DNA from: an uncultured Candidatus Binatia bacterium
GTDB taxonomy: Bacteria; Desulfobacterota; Binatia; UBA9968; JAJDTQ01
DNA: 64,000 nucleotides
NCBI GenBank assembly: GCA_964291295.2
Contig: OZ219754.1
Coordinates: 320,001-384,000 of the forward strand
Direction: 5' to 3'
The stretch's first letter is position 1, and the number at the start of each line of letters is the position of its first letter. Made by a program: the position numbers and the translations under genes. Shown one piece after another: positions 12,013-24,804 of the stretch. The notes beneath the pieces were generated by a model, which was not told where the DNA came from, made no database searches, and was given only the letters and a program-made list of their open reading frames with translations.

Positions 12013-14418
12013 ATGAAGCTGACTTTCAACTGGCTGATGGAGTTGGTGAAGGTTCCTGCCGGCGGAGAGCCGTTCGGTCCCCGGGAACTGGCCGAGCGGC
12101 TGACCCGGGGCGGGCTGGAGGCGGAGGCGGTCAAGCCCCTGGCGGACGATGCTGGCGCGGTGATCGTCGAAGTGGCCGGCGTCCGGCCCCATCCCGATGC
12201 CGACCGCTTGTCCGTGTGCGAGGTCCACGACCGGGGCGCGCCCCTGCGCATCGTGTGCGGCGCCCCCAATGTGCGGCCAGGCATGAAGACGGCGTTTCTG
12301 CGCGCGGGCTCGGTGCTGCCGTCGGGACAGGCCATCGAGCGCCGCTCCATCCGGGGGGTGCGCTCCGACGGAATGCTCTGCTCCGAGAAGGAGCTGGGGT
12401 TTTCCGACGACCACCAGGGCGTCATGGAGCTGCCCGGGGACGCGCCCGCGGGCGGCTCGCTGCACACCTGGCTGGGCCTTGACGACTGGGTGCTGGACGT
12501 CGGCGTCACGCCCAACCGGGGGGACTGTCTGAGCGTGCTGGGCCTGGCGCGGGAGACCGCGGCGATCACCGGAGGACACCTGCGGATTCCCGTCATCCCC
12601 GACCACCTCCGCAACCACCCGCCGGTGCTACCGGTCCCGGTGGAGATCCTGGACCCGGTGGCGTGTCCGCGCTATTCGGCCCGGCTGATCCACGGCCTCC
12701 GGCCGGCGCCGTCGCCCCCGTGGCTCCGCTTCCGGCTCGAAGCCTGCGGCATCCGCTCCATCAATCACATCGTCGACGTCACCAACTACGTCATGCTGGA
12801 GACGGGCCAGCCGCTCCACGCCTTCGACGCCCGCAGCATCGCCAGCGGCCGTATCGTGGTGCGCACGGCCGGCGATACGGACACGTTGACCACTCTCGAC
12901 GGTTCCGAACGGCGGCTCCATCCCGACGACCTGCTGATCTGCGACGGCGACACCCCCGCGGCCCTGGCCGGAGTCATGGGCGGGACGGGTTCGGAGGTCA
13001 CCGGCGTCACCGCATCAGTGCTGCTGGAGAGCGCCCATTTCGACCCTCTGACCATCCGGCGGACCGCCCGGCGCATGGGAATGCATACCGAAGCCTCGCA
13101 CCGGTTCGAGCGCGGTGTGGATCCGGATGGAACGCGCTACGCCATGGACCGGGCGGTGGCGTTGTGGGAGGCCATGGGCGAGGTCGAGGTGGTGCCCGGT
13201 TTCGCCGACGTCTACCCGGGCGCCCGGGAGCCGGCCGAGGTCACGCTGCGTTACGCCAGCGTCAAGCGCGCCCTGGGGGTGGAGCTGCCGCGCGACCGCG
13301 TCCACGGCATCATCGAATCCCTGGGAATCGAACTCCGGCGCCGTTCGGAGCAGGAACTGGTGACGGTCCCCCCTTCGTACCGCTTCGACCTGACGCGGGA
13401 GGCGGACATCATCGAGGAACTGGCGCGGCTCCACGGCTACGACCACATACCGGCGACGCTGCCGGCGTTGGGAATGGGGGGCCGGAGGGATCCGCTGCTG
13501 CGCTGGATGCGCAAGGCGCGCTCGCTGCTCACGGCCCGGGGGCTCAGCGAGGCGGTGACGCTGCCCTTCTGCTCGGCGGCGATGAACCGGACCTTTCCCG
13601 GGCTGTGGGGCGGGGACGGCAAAGCCGTACGCATCACCAATCCGCTGCGGCAGGAAACGGACGAGATGCGCCGGAGCCTGCTTCCCGGCCTGATCGACAA
13701 CCTGCGCGACCACGCCGAGCGGCGCCACGAGAGCTCGATGATCTTCGAGTTGAACAAGGTGTTCTCGATCGGGGGCGACGGGGCCTGCACCGAGCGGATG
13801 AGCGCCGCCGGCCTGATCCGGGGCCATCGTCCCCGGCGGGGCATGAAGGTGCAACACCGGGCCTTCGTCTTCGCCGACATGAAGGGCATCGTGGAGGACC
13901 TCCTGGAAGGCCTCGGCCAGGCCGAGCCCCGCTGGACCGTGGACGCGCCACCGCCTTTCCTGCACCCCGGGGGATTCGCCACGGTCCGTGCGGGGGGCGC
14001 GGCCGTGGGCTGTGTTGGCGAGATAAGTGCGCGAATTCGCAAGGAGCTGGACCTTCCCCCCTTCTTCCTCTTCGAACTTGACTTCGGTGCCATCGTTCAC
14101 TATGCTCAGCCGGACTTCAAGGTCCGCCCGATTTCCCGTTTCCCTGCGGTGGAGCGCGACCTGGCCATCATCGTGGCGGAAGATTTCCCGAGCCAGACCG
14201 TGATCGACTGGGTGAGGGAGCGGGACCGCGCTCTCATTGAACGGGTGGACATCTTCGACGAGTACACCGGCGCTCCCATCAGCAAGGGCAGGAAGAGTCT
14301 GGCCTACAAGGTCTTCTACCGATCAGCGGAGCGGACCCTCACCGATCACGAGGTGAACACGGTGCACGAGGAGTTGACGCGTCGGCTCTGTGCCGCGTTC
14401 GACGCCGCGTTGCGGTAG
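12013..14418 (+). CDS. pheT: phenylalanine--tRNA ligase beta subunit
   Basis: HPDADRL, IVCGAPNV, TPNRGDCLS, SHRFERGVD, FPAVERDLA; start placed at ATG 12013. Confidence 0.96.
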   Translation: MKLTFNWLMELVKVPAGGEPFGPRELAERLTRGGLEAEAVKPLADDAGAVIVEVAGVRPHPDADRLSVCEVHDRGAPLRIVCGAPNVRPGMKTAFLRAGSVLPSGQAIERRSIRGVRSDGMLCSEKELGFSDDHQGVMELPGDAPAGGSLHTWLGLDDWVLDVGVTPNRGDCLSVLGLARETAAITGGHLRIPVIPDHLRNHPPVLPVPVEILDPVACPRYSARLIHGLRPAPSPPWLRFRLEACGIRSINHIVDVTNYVMLETGQPLHAFDARSIASGRIVVRTAGDTDTLTTLDGSERRLHPDDLLICDGDTPAALAGVMGGTGSEVTGVTASVLLESAHFDPLTIRRTARRMGMHTEASHRFERGVDPDGTRYAMDRAVALWEAMGEVEVVPGFADVYPGAREPAEVTLRYASVKRALGVELPRDRVHGIIESLGIELRRRSEQELVTVPPSYRFDLTREADIIEELARLHGYDHIPATLPALGMGGRRDPLLRWMRKARSLLTARGLSEAVTLPFCSAAMNRTFPGLWGGDGKAVRITNPLRQETDEMRRSLLPGLIDNLRDHAERRHESSMIFELNKVFSIGGDGACTERMSAAGLIRGHRPRRGMKVQHRAFVFADMKGIVEDLLEGLGQAEPRWTVDAPPPFLHPGGFATVRAGGAAVGCVGEISARIRKELDLPPFFLFELDFGAIVHYAQPDFKVRPISRFPAVERDLAIIVAEDFPSQTVIDWVRERDRALIERVDIFDEYTGAPISKGRKSLAYKVFYRSAERTLTDHEVNTVHEELTRRLCAAFDAALR

Positions 14419-14453
14419 CGGATCTTCGCCGGACTCCTCGGAGGAGGGCAATC

Positions 14454-14771
14454 ATGACCAAGGCCGATATCGTCAATCGGATCTATGAGCGGGTGGGCTT
14501 CTCCAAGAAAGAGGCCACCGACGTCGTCGAAGGCACTTTCGAGATCATCAAGGCCCACCTCGAAAAGGGCGACAAGGTGAAGATCTCGGGGTTCGGAAAC
14601 TTCGTCATCCACGGCAAGCAGCCGCGCAAGGGCCGAAACCCCCAGACCGGCCAGGAGATCACCATCGCGGGGCGCAAGGTGCTGACCTTCAAGCCCAGCC
14701 AGACCCTGAAAAAGAACATGAACTCCGAACCCGCCGGGACCGGGGAAACCGAAAGCCTGGTGGTTCCGTGA
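14454..14771 (+). CDS. ihfA: integration host factor alpha subunit
   Basis: [16 protein letters not shown]; conserved position after pheT. Confidence 0.92.
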   Translation: MTKADIVNRIYERVGFSKKEATDVVEGTFEIIKAHLEKGDKVKISGFGNFVIHGKQPRKGRNPQTGQEITIAGRKVLTFKPSQTLKKNMNSEPAGTGETESLVVP

Positions 14772-14784
14772 TATCCTTGGATCC

Positions 14785-15117
14785 ATGGTGGCAGTCATTC
14801 CCGACAAGCTCTACTTCAAGATCGGCGAGGTCAGCGCCCTCCTGAAACTCAAGCCGCACGTGCTGCGTTACTGGGAAACCGAGTTCGACATCCTGCACCC
14901 GGGCAAGGCGCCCTCCCGACACCGTCTCTACAAGCGCAAGGACGTGGAGTTGCTGCTCCGGATCAAGCAACTGCTGCATGCCGAAGGGTACACCATCGAA
15001 GGCGCCCGCAAGAAACTCAGGCAGCGTCACCCGGACACGTGGCCGAACCCGGAGTACAGGGAGACTCTCCTGCAGATCAAGGAGGAGCTGACCTCCCTCC
15101 GGGACATGATATCCTGA
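14785..15117 (+). CDS. MerR-family transcriptional regulator
   Basis: [21 protein letters not shown]; typical neighbour of ihfA. Confidence 0.9.
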   Translation: MVAVIPDKLYFKIGEVSALLKLKPHVLRYWETEFDILHPGKAPSRHRLYKRKDVELLLRIKQLLHAEGYTIEGARKKLRQRHPDTWPNPEYRETLLQIKEELTSLRDMIS

Positions 15118-15140
15118 CCGGCCATCCCGCGGATCCCGAA

Positions 15141-15169
15141 TTGACCCGTCCCCGGTTGAGTGTTAAGAC
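15141..15169 (+). promoter_or_regulatory. putative promoter of tRNA-Pro
   Basis: TTGACC-17 nt-TAAGAC with a TG extension. Confidence 0.4.
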
Positions 15170-15183
15170 CTTTCAGTCAGTGT

Positions 15184-15260
15184 CGGGGCGTAGCGCAGCC
15201 TGGTAGCGCACACGCTTGGGGTGCGTGTGGTCGCTGGTTCAAATCCAGTCGCCCCGACCA
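15184..15260 (+). tRNA. tRNA-Pro(GGG)
   Basis: CGGGGCG/CGCCCCG acceptor, anticodon arm CACGC-TTGGGGT-GCGTG, GGTTCAAATCC, CCA. Confidence 0.96.
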
Positions 15261-15302
15261 TTTCTTGCCGGCACCCCGGGAGTCCTCCCACCGCGTCGAC
15301 CC

Positions 15303-15974
15303 ATGACCGTCCGTTCCAAAGACCGCAGCAGCGCGGGTTTCGAGGGTGCCCGGGAGCGGATGGTCCAGACCCAGTTGCTTGACCGCGGGGTTCACGACGC
15401 ACGCGTGATCCGTGCCATGCGCAAGGTGCCGCGCCATCTGTTCGTGGAGCCGGCCCTGGTGAACCGCGCCTACGACGACGACCCGCTGCCCATCGGCGCG
15501 AAACAGACCATCTCCCAACCCTATATCGTCGGTTACATGCTTCAGGCCCTGGAGTTGAAGGGCACGGAACGCGTCCTGGAGGTCGGCACCGGATCCGCCT
15601 ACCAGACGGCTCTCCTGGCCGAGTTGTGCGCCAATGTCTTCTCGGTGGAAAAGCTCCGGACCCTGGCCGTGCAGGCACGGAACCGCCTCGACGGCCTGCG
15701 CTACTACAATGTGGCGATCCACATCGGCGACGGCACTCTCGGCTGGTCGGAACACGCCCCCTACGATGCCATCATCGTGGCCGCGGGGGCGCCCGGGCTG
15801 CCGGCGCCGCTGGCCCGGCAACTCGCGGCCGGCGGCAGGCTCATCCTTCCCATCGGCAACGATCAGTCCCAGACCCTGAAACTTGCGGCGCGGAGTCCCA
15901 CCGGCCTCGAAGAAACGGACCTCGGAGGATGCCGGTTCGTCAAGCTGCTGGGGAGATACGGTTGGCCGGGCTGA
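15303..15974 (+). CDS. pcm: protein-L-isoaspartate O-methyltransferase
   Basis: QTISQPYIV, VLEVGTGSAYQ, GDGTLGW..APYDAIIV. Confidence 0.93.
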   Translation: MTVRSKDRSSAGFEGARERMVQTQLLDRGVHDARVIRAMRKVPRHLFVEPALVNRAYDDDPLPIGAKQTISQPYIVGYMLQALELKGTERVLEVGTGSAYQTALLAELCANVFSVEKLRTLAVQARNRLDGLRYYNVAIHIGDGTLGWSEHAPYDAIIVAAGAPGLPAPLARQLAAGGRLILPIGNDQSQTLKLAARSPTGLEETDLGGCRFVKLLGRYGWPG

Positions 15975-16828
15975 CCTTTCGCGTTGTCGGGCTGCTCCAC
16001 CTCATCCTCCTCCTTGCCGTATCCGGTTGCAATTACGGCGGCAACCGCGGCCTTGCCCGCCCCGCGCCCGGACAGGCTCCGGGCAAGGCCCCCGGGGATC
16101 GCGGCATCTACCACATCGTCAGCAAGGGCGAGACCCTCTATCGCATCGGCAAGGCGTACGGGATAGACCACGCCGCACTGGCGCGCATCAACAAGGTGGC
16201 CAATGTGCGGAAAATCCGCATCGGCAACCGGCTGTTCATTCCCGGCGCCACCCGTCGACTGCCCGTCCGGATCATCACCCCGGTCAAGAAACGCAAGGCG
16301 CCGCCGACTCGAACCGCTTCCGGGAAGACCGCGGCCGGCAAGGCGCAGACGTCCCGCAGGAAGACCGCGGCCGGCAAGGCGGCCCGCGCTCCGGCCGCGG
16401 CGCGCAAGGCCCGGGTGACCCGCTCCCAAGTCAGGCGGTCCCCGCCGGCGAAGCGGTCGAAGTCGGGTTTCGCCTGGCCGGTAAAGGGGAAAGTCACCGC
16501 CAGATTCGACTCGCGCCCGGACAGCCTGAACGACGGCATCGACATCGCCGCGCCGGCGGGCACCCCGGTCCGGGCAACGGCGGCCGGGCAGGTCATCTAC
16601 AGCGACCACCTGCGCGGCTACGGGAACGTCATCATCGTGCGCCACCGGGGCGGCTTCGCATCGGTCTACGCGCACAATCGCCGGAACCTCGTTCGGCCGG
16701 GACAAAGGGTACGCCGCCAGCAGGTCATTGCCGAAGTCGGCAACACCGGCCGGGTCACCCGCCCTCACCTGCACTTCGAGATCCGCAGGAACAACATCGC
16801 CCGAAACCCGCTTTCCTATCTCCCCTGA
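15962..16828 (+). CDS. nlpD: LysM + M23 peptidase lipoprotein (NlpD-like); start approximate
   Basis: Lipobox LAVSGC, LysM (HIVSKGETLYRIGKAYG), M23 motifs (GIDIAA, YAHN, HLHFEIR); follows pcm. Confidence 0.82.
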   Translation: MAGLTFRVVGLLHLILLLAVSGCNYGGNRGLARPAPGQAPGKAPGDRGIYHIVSKGETLYRIGKAYGIDHAALARINKVANVRKIRIGNRLFIPGATRRLPVRIITPVKKRKAPPTRTASGKTAAGKAQTSRRKTAAGKAARAPAAARKARVTRSQVRRSPPAKRSKSGFAWPVKGKVTARFDSRPDSLNDGIDIAAPAGTPVRATAAGQVIYSDHLRGYGNVIIVRHRGGFASVYAHNRRNLVRPGQRVRRQQVIAEVGNTGRVTRPHLHFEIRRNNIARNPLSYLP

Positions 16829-16847
16829 CTGTGCTAGCCCAAGCCGC

Positions 16848-19509
<2,662 letters not shown>

Positions 19510-19587
19510 GGACGCCGCGCGGCCGAAGCGACAAGGGGATAGGTCCCGAGGGGAAGCCGTTCCCGCCGCCCGGAGCGCATCCCTTGC

Positions 19588-19926
19588 TCAGAAGAGCCTG
19601 CCGCCGTCGGGCACCGGGCGGTCGGGGGCGATCATCACCACCTCGCCGTCAGCATCGGGGAAACCCAGCACGAGAATCTCGGACCGGAACGGTCCGATCT
19701 GCCTGGGCCGGAGGTTGACCACGGCGGCCACCTGCCGGCCCACCAGCGCTTCCGCGCTGTAGTGGCGCGTGACCTGGGCGGAACTCTTGCGCTCGCCGAT
19801 CCCGGGGCCGAAATCCACGTACAGCTTGAAGGCGGGCTTGCGCGCTTCGGGAAAGGGCTCGACCCGGGTGATGGTGCCGACGCGGACGTCGACCTTCAGG
19901 AAATCGTCGAAGCGGATCTCGGCCAT
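19588..19926 (-). CDS. csaA: tRNA-binding / CsaA chaperone
   Basis: DFLKVDVRVGTI, FPEARKPA, SSAQVT, SEILVLG. Confidence 0.88.
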   Translation of the reverse strand: MAEIRFDDFLKVDVRVGTITRVEPFPEARKPAFKLYVDFGPGIGERKSSAQVTRHYSAEALVGRQVAAVVNLRPRQIGPFRSEILVLGFPDADGEVVMIAPDRPVPDGGRLF

Positions 19927-19934
19927 CCCGCCAG

Positions 19935-20279
19935 TCAGAGGAGCGCCTTCAGGGCGGCCTCGTCGAAGCCCACCACCTTGCGCTTGCCCTTGAGGGTCAC
20001 CGGACGCCGCAGCAGGTTCTGGTCCCCGAGCATCAACCGGATGGCCTCTTCCCGGTTGGGAGGGTTGTCCTTCATCTTCCGCTCGCGGTAGAGGGGCGTC
20101 CGGGTATTGAGGAAATCGGTCACGGGTCCGCCGCCGATGATGGCCTCCAGCTCATCGCCGGTCAAGGGCCGCCTGCCGTACTCCCGCTCCTCCAGCTCCG
20201 CCCCCTGTGACTGCAAGAAACTTCTTGCCTTGCGACAGGTGGTTCAGGTGTTCTTGTAATAGAATTTCAGCTTGGCCAC
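19935..20279 (-). CDS. ArsC/Spx-family protein with probable selenocysteine (UxxC)
   Basis: Frame extends past the ORF-track start to GTG 20279: VAKLKFYYKNT-TGA-TTCRKARSFL...; C-terminal LLRRPV and VVGFDE; SECIS-like hairpin follows the TGA. Confidence 0.85.
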
Positions 20280-20315
20280 GGATGGGATCCCCCCGGCTGA
20301 TCGTCTTCGGTCGTC

Positions 20316-21695
20316 TCAGCCCACGTACCGGCTCACGTCGACGCGTTTCATGGCCTCCATCGGCACCTGATTGCGGATGGGAAACTCGCCTTCCAGGGGC
20401 CGGGTGGCGTCCACCACGGCAACGCTGTCGCCGAGCCAGCCGCGGAAATTCTGGACCTCCCGGATGACATCCAGATCCCGGTCCCAGTGGGTACGGGTAC
20501 CCACCGCCCACAGCACCTCGCGTTCGTTGAACACATCCACGTCATCGTCCACCACCACGCACAGCTTGAGGTTCGGCATGTCGGTGAAGGCCTGCATGGC
20601 GGCTTTCCTGGGCTCGTTGGCGAATTTCTTGTCGATGGAGATGTAGCAGATCACCCGGCCGCAGCCCGAGGGCGGCAGGTGGATGGCCTTGATGCCGTGG
20701 ATGTTGCGCTTGATGGAGTTGTAGACACTGCCTTCCTTGGTGATGCCGCCCAGATTCCAGTGGTCCTTCTGGCCGGCCCAGATGTCCTGGAGGATCGCGT
20801 TCTTCCGATGGGTGACGGCGGTGACCTCGACGATGGGCACGTCCATGGTCACCTGATAGTAGCCCAGCACCTCGCCGAAGGGGTTCTGGGAACGCCGCAC
20901 GTTGGGCGGCACCTCGCCCTCGATGATGATCTCCGCGTCGGCGGGCACGAGGAAGTCCTCGCCCCAGGTGACCGACGGCGTCAGGTGCAGCGGCTCGCGC
21001 ATGAACGCCGCGGCGCTCTGGTAGTCGTCGTTGCCGTAGGGCGTCATGCAGCAGGATGAGAAGTAGAAGGCCGGGTGATGCCCCAGCACGATGATCACCG
21101 GCGCCCGCTGATCCTTGGCCTCGTTCTCGGTAACGATGGCTTCCAGATGATGGTGCTTGTGGGCCGAGAAGCTCATGGTGCGGCCGTCATAATAGAGATT
21201 CTTGGTGAACGTGATGTCGTAGAACGGCTCCTGCGCGCCCTTCATGACGCAGGCCATGGTCCAGTAGGGGCCGACGTCCAGGTCGTGGTGCATGGGGATG
21301 GGAAAGCGCGCCAGATCCACCTCCGACCCCCGCAGCACGACCTGCCGGCACGGCGCGCTGTCGGGCGGGACCATCTCCGTGTCCCCTTTCTCCTTCTCCA
21401 GCCGCGAGACCTCCAGGCTCAGCTCCATCTTCGACCTGAGGTCGCCCATGCCGATGCCGTCGGCGCAGAACTGCCGGCTGACCCAGGGATTGTAGAAGAG
21501 CGGGAACGGCGACGGCTGCCCTTCCAGCGTCTTCACGTTCTCGAACAGCACCATCTTCTCGAGCCCGCGGTCGTCGAGGTGCTTGAGGAAGGCGATGGTC
21601 TCGCACCGGTTGGGGTCGATGGGGTCCGTCACCCGGATCAGATCACCCGGACGCCGGCTCTCCTCTTCCGCAATGAATTCATGGAGGTCTCTCAT
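20316..21695 (-). CDS. UbiD-family (de)carboxylase, divergent
   Basis: VPADAEIIIEG, PFGE, VVVDDDVDVFN..V.WA; UbiD length and layout. Confidence 0.85.
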   Translation of the reverse strand: MRDLHEFIAEEESRRPGDLIRVTDPIDPNRCETIAFLKHLDDRGLEKMVLFENVKTLEGQPSPFPLFYNPWVSRQFCADGIGMGDLRSKMELSLEVSRLEKEKGDTEMVPPDSAPCRQVVLRGSEVDLARFPIPMHHDLDVGPYWTMACVMKGAQEPFYDITFTKNLYYDGRTMSFSAHKHHHLEAIVTENEAKDQRAPVIIVLGHHPAFYFSSCCMTPYGNDDYQSAAAFMREPLHLTPSVTWGEDFLVPADAEIIIEGEVPPNVRRSQNPFGEVLGYYQVTMDVPIVEVTAVTHRKNAILQDIWAGQKDHWNLGGITKEGSVYNSIKRNIHGIKAIHLPPSGCGRVICYISIDKKFANEPRKAAMQAFTDMPNLKLCVVVDDDVDVFNEREVLWAVGTRTHWDRDLDVIREVQNFRGWLGDSVAVVDATRPLEGEFPIRNQVPMEAMKRVDVSRYVG

Positions 21696-21793
21696 GGTCG
21701 GATCTCCCTGGCTGGCGCGTTGCCGCGCGTACAGGACAACGCGTACAGGACACTTAGACGATCACGGCGGCGGGCGCAAGATCCGTGCGGGAC

Positions 21794-22120
21794 CTACCGC
21801 CGCCCCCCGGACAGGGACGCGGTCAGCCACTCCAGGTAGCTCTCGCTCCCCTTGGCGACGGGAACAGCGATGATCTCCGGGACATCGTAGCCGTGGAGTG
21901 CATGGACCCTTTCCTTGAGCCGTTCGAAGAGGTCCGCGCGTGTCTTGACGATGAGGAGATCCTCGGTATCGCGCTCCAACCGGCCATCCCACGTGTAGGT
22001 GGACTCGATTCCGGGCACGCGGTTGACGCAGGCTGCCAGCTTCTCGCGCACCAGCGCACCGGCCAGCTCCCTGGCATTTTCCCCCGATGCCGTGATGTAG
22101 ACCACCAGGAATTCACCCAT
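21794..22120 (-). CDS. cutA: divalent-cation tolerance protein CutA
   Basis: [28 protein letters not shown]. Confidence 0.92.
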   Translation of the reverse strand: MGEFLVVYITASGENARELAGALVREKLAACVNRVPGIESTYTWDGRLERDTEDLLIVKTRADLFERLKERVHALHGYDVPEIIAVPVAKGSESYLEWLTASLSGGRR

Positions 22121-22326
22121 GTCAACGATTCCGATTCCTTGGAACAGAGCCGCGGCGCGTCCGTTTGCGCGTCCAACCTTTGTATGGTTTATTTCGTCTC
22201 TTGCATAGGGCGAACCGTCGGACCGGCCGCCTGCCCGGTCCCCTGCAATCGCGGGTGCCTGCAACACGGGTGCCTTGTATCCAGCTTATTCCCGAACAGC
22301 GATCCAAGAACGAGGTGGAGACTCGA

Positions 22327-22704
22327 ATGGAGACCATCGATTTTGCCAAGGGTGGAGGAATCGTGCCGGTGGTGGTGCAGGATGACGGCACTCTGGACGT
22401 CCTCATGCTGGCCTACATGAACCAGGAGGCTTTCGATCTCACCCGGAAGACCGGCAAGGCCCATTACTACAGCCGTTCCCGGGACAAGCTGTGGCTCAAG
22501 GGCGAAGAGTCCGGCCACGTCCAGGAGGTCCGGGACATTCTGGTGGACTGCGACAACGACACGCTCATCCTCAAGGTCGTCCAACACGGCGGCGGGGCAT
22601 GCCACATGGGATACCGCACCTGCTTCTTCCGCCACGACGCGGGCGTCGACTGGGAGATCTGCGCCGAGAAGGTCTTCGATCCCGAGGAGGTCTACAACAG
22701 GTGA
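22327..22704 (+). CDS. hisI: phosphoribosyl-AMP cyclohydrolase
   Basis: [38 protein letters not shown]. Confidence 0.94.
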   Translation: METIDFAKGGGIVPVVVQDDGTLDVLMLAYMNQEAFDLTRKTGKAHYYSRSRDKLWLKGEESGHVQEVRDILVDCDNDTLILKVVQHGGGACHMGYRTCFFRHDAGVDWEICAEKVFDPEEVYNR

Positions 22705-23591
22705 GCCAACTCAAGCTGGGGCTTCCCAAGGGAAGCCTCGAGAACTCCACCATCGAGTTGTTCCGCAAGTCGGGATGGAAGATCACCGGCATGAACCGGA
22801 GCTACTTCCCCTCCATCGACGACCCCTCTCTGAACTGCAGCGTCGTGCGCGCGCAGGAAATGTCCCGCTACGTGGAGGACGGCACCCTGGACGCCGGCAT
22901 CACCGGCAAGGACTGGATCCAGGAGAACGACAGCCAGGTCGAGTACATCACCGAACTGGTCTACGCCAAGACGAGCTTTCGGCCGACACGCTGGGTGCTG
23001 GCGGTCCCCCACGACTCGCCGGTGCGGAAGATCGAGGATCTCAAGGGAAAGAAGATCGCCACCGAGATGGTCAACTTCACCCGCCGGCTGTTCGAAGCCC
23101 GCGATACGCCGGTGGACGTGGAATTTTCCTGGGGCGCCACCGAAGCCAAGGCCGCCGAGGGCCTGGCCGATGCCATCGTGGAGGTGACCGAGACCGGAGG
23201 TACCATCCGCGCCCACGGCCTCCGCATCGTCGCCGACCTGCTGGAATCCGCGCCCCAGCTCATCGCCAACAAGGAGGCCTGGCGGGATCCGTGGAAGCGC
23301 GCCAAGATCGATCAGATCAGCATGCTCCTGCAGGGCGCCCTGGCCGCGGAGCACAAGGTCGGCATCAAGATGAACGTCATGGAGGCCGACCTGGAGAAGG
23401 TCATCGACCTGATCCCCAGCGTGACCGCGCCCACGGTCGCGACCCTCTACCAGACCCCCGCCCTGGGGGGCCGCAAATGGTTCTCCATCGAGAGCATCAT
23501 CGCCGAGGACGTCGTGCGCGAACTCATCCCGGAACTCACGCGCAACGGCGCCGTGGGCATCGTCGAGTACCCGCTGAACAAGGTGATCTGA
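22701..23591 (+). CDS. hisG: ATP phosphoribosyltransferase (long form)
   Basis: [28 protein letters not shown]; GTG start overlaps the hisI stop. Confidence 0.94.
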   Translation: MSQLKLGLPKGSLENSTIELFRKSGWKITGMNRSYFPSIDDPSLNCSVVRAQEMSRYVEDGTLDAGITGKDWIQENDSQVEYITELVYAKTSFRPTRWVLAVPHDSPVRKIEDLKGKKIATEMVNFTRRLFEARDTPVDVEFSWGATEAKAAEGLADAIVEVTETGGTIRAHGLRIVADLLESAPQLIANKEAWRDPWKRAKIDQISMLLQGALAAEHKVGIKMNVMEADLEKVIDLIPSVTAPTVATLYQTPALGGRKWFSIESIIAEDVVRELIPELTRNGAVGIVEYPLNKVI

Positions 23592-23835
23592 GCAGACGCC
23601 GGCGGCGACCCGGCCCACGCCACGACGATACTCGCCAAAGCCCGGGTCACCGCACCGCGCTGCGAGAACAAACGCCTTGTCCTCAGTTCTTGATACGACA
23701 CAACTGTTCCTTCCTGACTCCTCATCACTCCGAATCAACTTGCCACTCAGGACACGTTCATACCACGCCCCAAGCTCCCGGCCATCAGGACCGCACATAG
23801 ATTGAACAGGGTGTGAATCTACGGTTGCGCTCGCA

Positions 23836-24666
23836 TCAGTCCCTTTGACGGGTTCCCACGGTTGTCTCGCCGCCACCGTTCTTTTGAAGAAAATCCGGGC
23901 AGAGTTTGCGAACCACCGACATCACCAAATCCCGCATGACAACCAGTGCCGGCAGCACTTCTCGATCTTGCATGACATCCCCCATTTGGTCGAACTTCAT
24001 CTTGAACTCGAAGACATCGACCGCCTTTATAATCGCGTCCGGATGGGGTGTTTTGACGAACTCAAACTGGAAAATGACTTCTCCTTCTCTATTCGGGCGT
24101 GCGTTCGACGGGGGTCCATCTGGGGGTAGAATCAAAGTTGCCTCCTCCTTGGTATCTACCAGGAATGTTCCACCGGACCGCATGTCCACGCGGGCCGCCA
24201 CGGCCAACAGGAGGCGGTGCTTATCCATTATGTTGAGATGGTGCAACTGATAGAGAACAGCCTGTTCGGGGTCTGGCGATGTTTGGTACGGTTGCAAACG
24301 CTCAATCACTTGGACGGCCTTGCCGGGCACTCCCTTCACGACACCTTTCCTTATGGCACGTTGATACTGGTCCTCGCTCCGACAAACCGGGAACGTCAGC
24401 CTTGTGGGATCACCTCTTCCGCCAGCGAGAACGAATATCAGATGGTCAAGCACGGTTCGTAGGTGGTAGACAATCTCGCCGATCAGAACGGAGAACTGAG
24501 GAGGCAAGACAGGGTTGCCTGACGCCAGAAAGCGATACTTTTGCGTCTCCTGATCTAGATCACTCGCCACCCTGTAGTTTTCGGCAAAGAAGGCATTGCT
24601 TTCGCGTTCCAAGGACGCGAGCAAGTTGTTTGCCCGTTCGATCTTGGCATACAGATTCTCAAACAT
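23836..24666 (-). CDS. hypothetical protein, possibly HEPN-like
   Basis: Long ORF in a lower-GC islet with GEIVYHLRTVLDHL and LNIMDKHR segments; family assignment is inference. Confidence 0.6.
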   Translation of the reverse strand: MFENLYAKIERANNLLASLERESNAFFAENYRVASDLDQETQKYRFLASGNPVLPPQFSVLIGEIVYHLRTVLDHLIFVLAGGRGDPTRLTFPVCRSEDQYQRAIRKGVVKGVPGKAVQVIERLQPYQTSPDPEQAVLYQLHHLNIMDKHRLLLAVAARVDMRSGGTFLVDTKEEATLILPPDGPPSNARPNREGEVIFQFEFVKTPHPDAIIKAVDVFEFKMKFDQMGDVMQDREVLPALVVMRDLVMSVVRKLCPDFLQKNGGGETTVGTRQRD

Positions 24667-24804
24667 GAGAGCAGCTCGCCGGGCCGCCACCAATCCGCCT
24701 GGTCATCGACACTGGAAACCTCTACATCGCCCGCAGCAAAATCTGATACTGCTACAAGAACAAGAATAGGGGTCAGTGTAACGAACAACATATGACTTCT
24801 TGCC

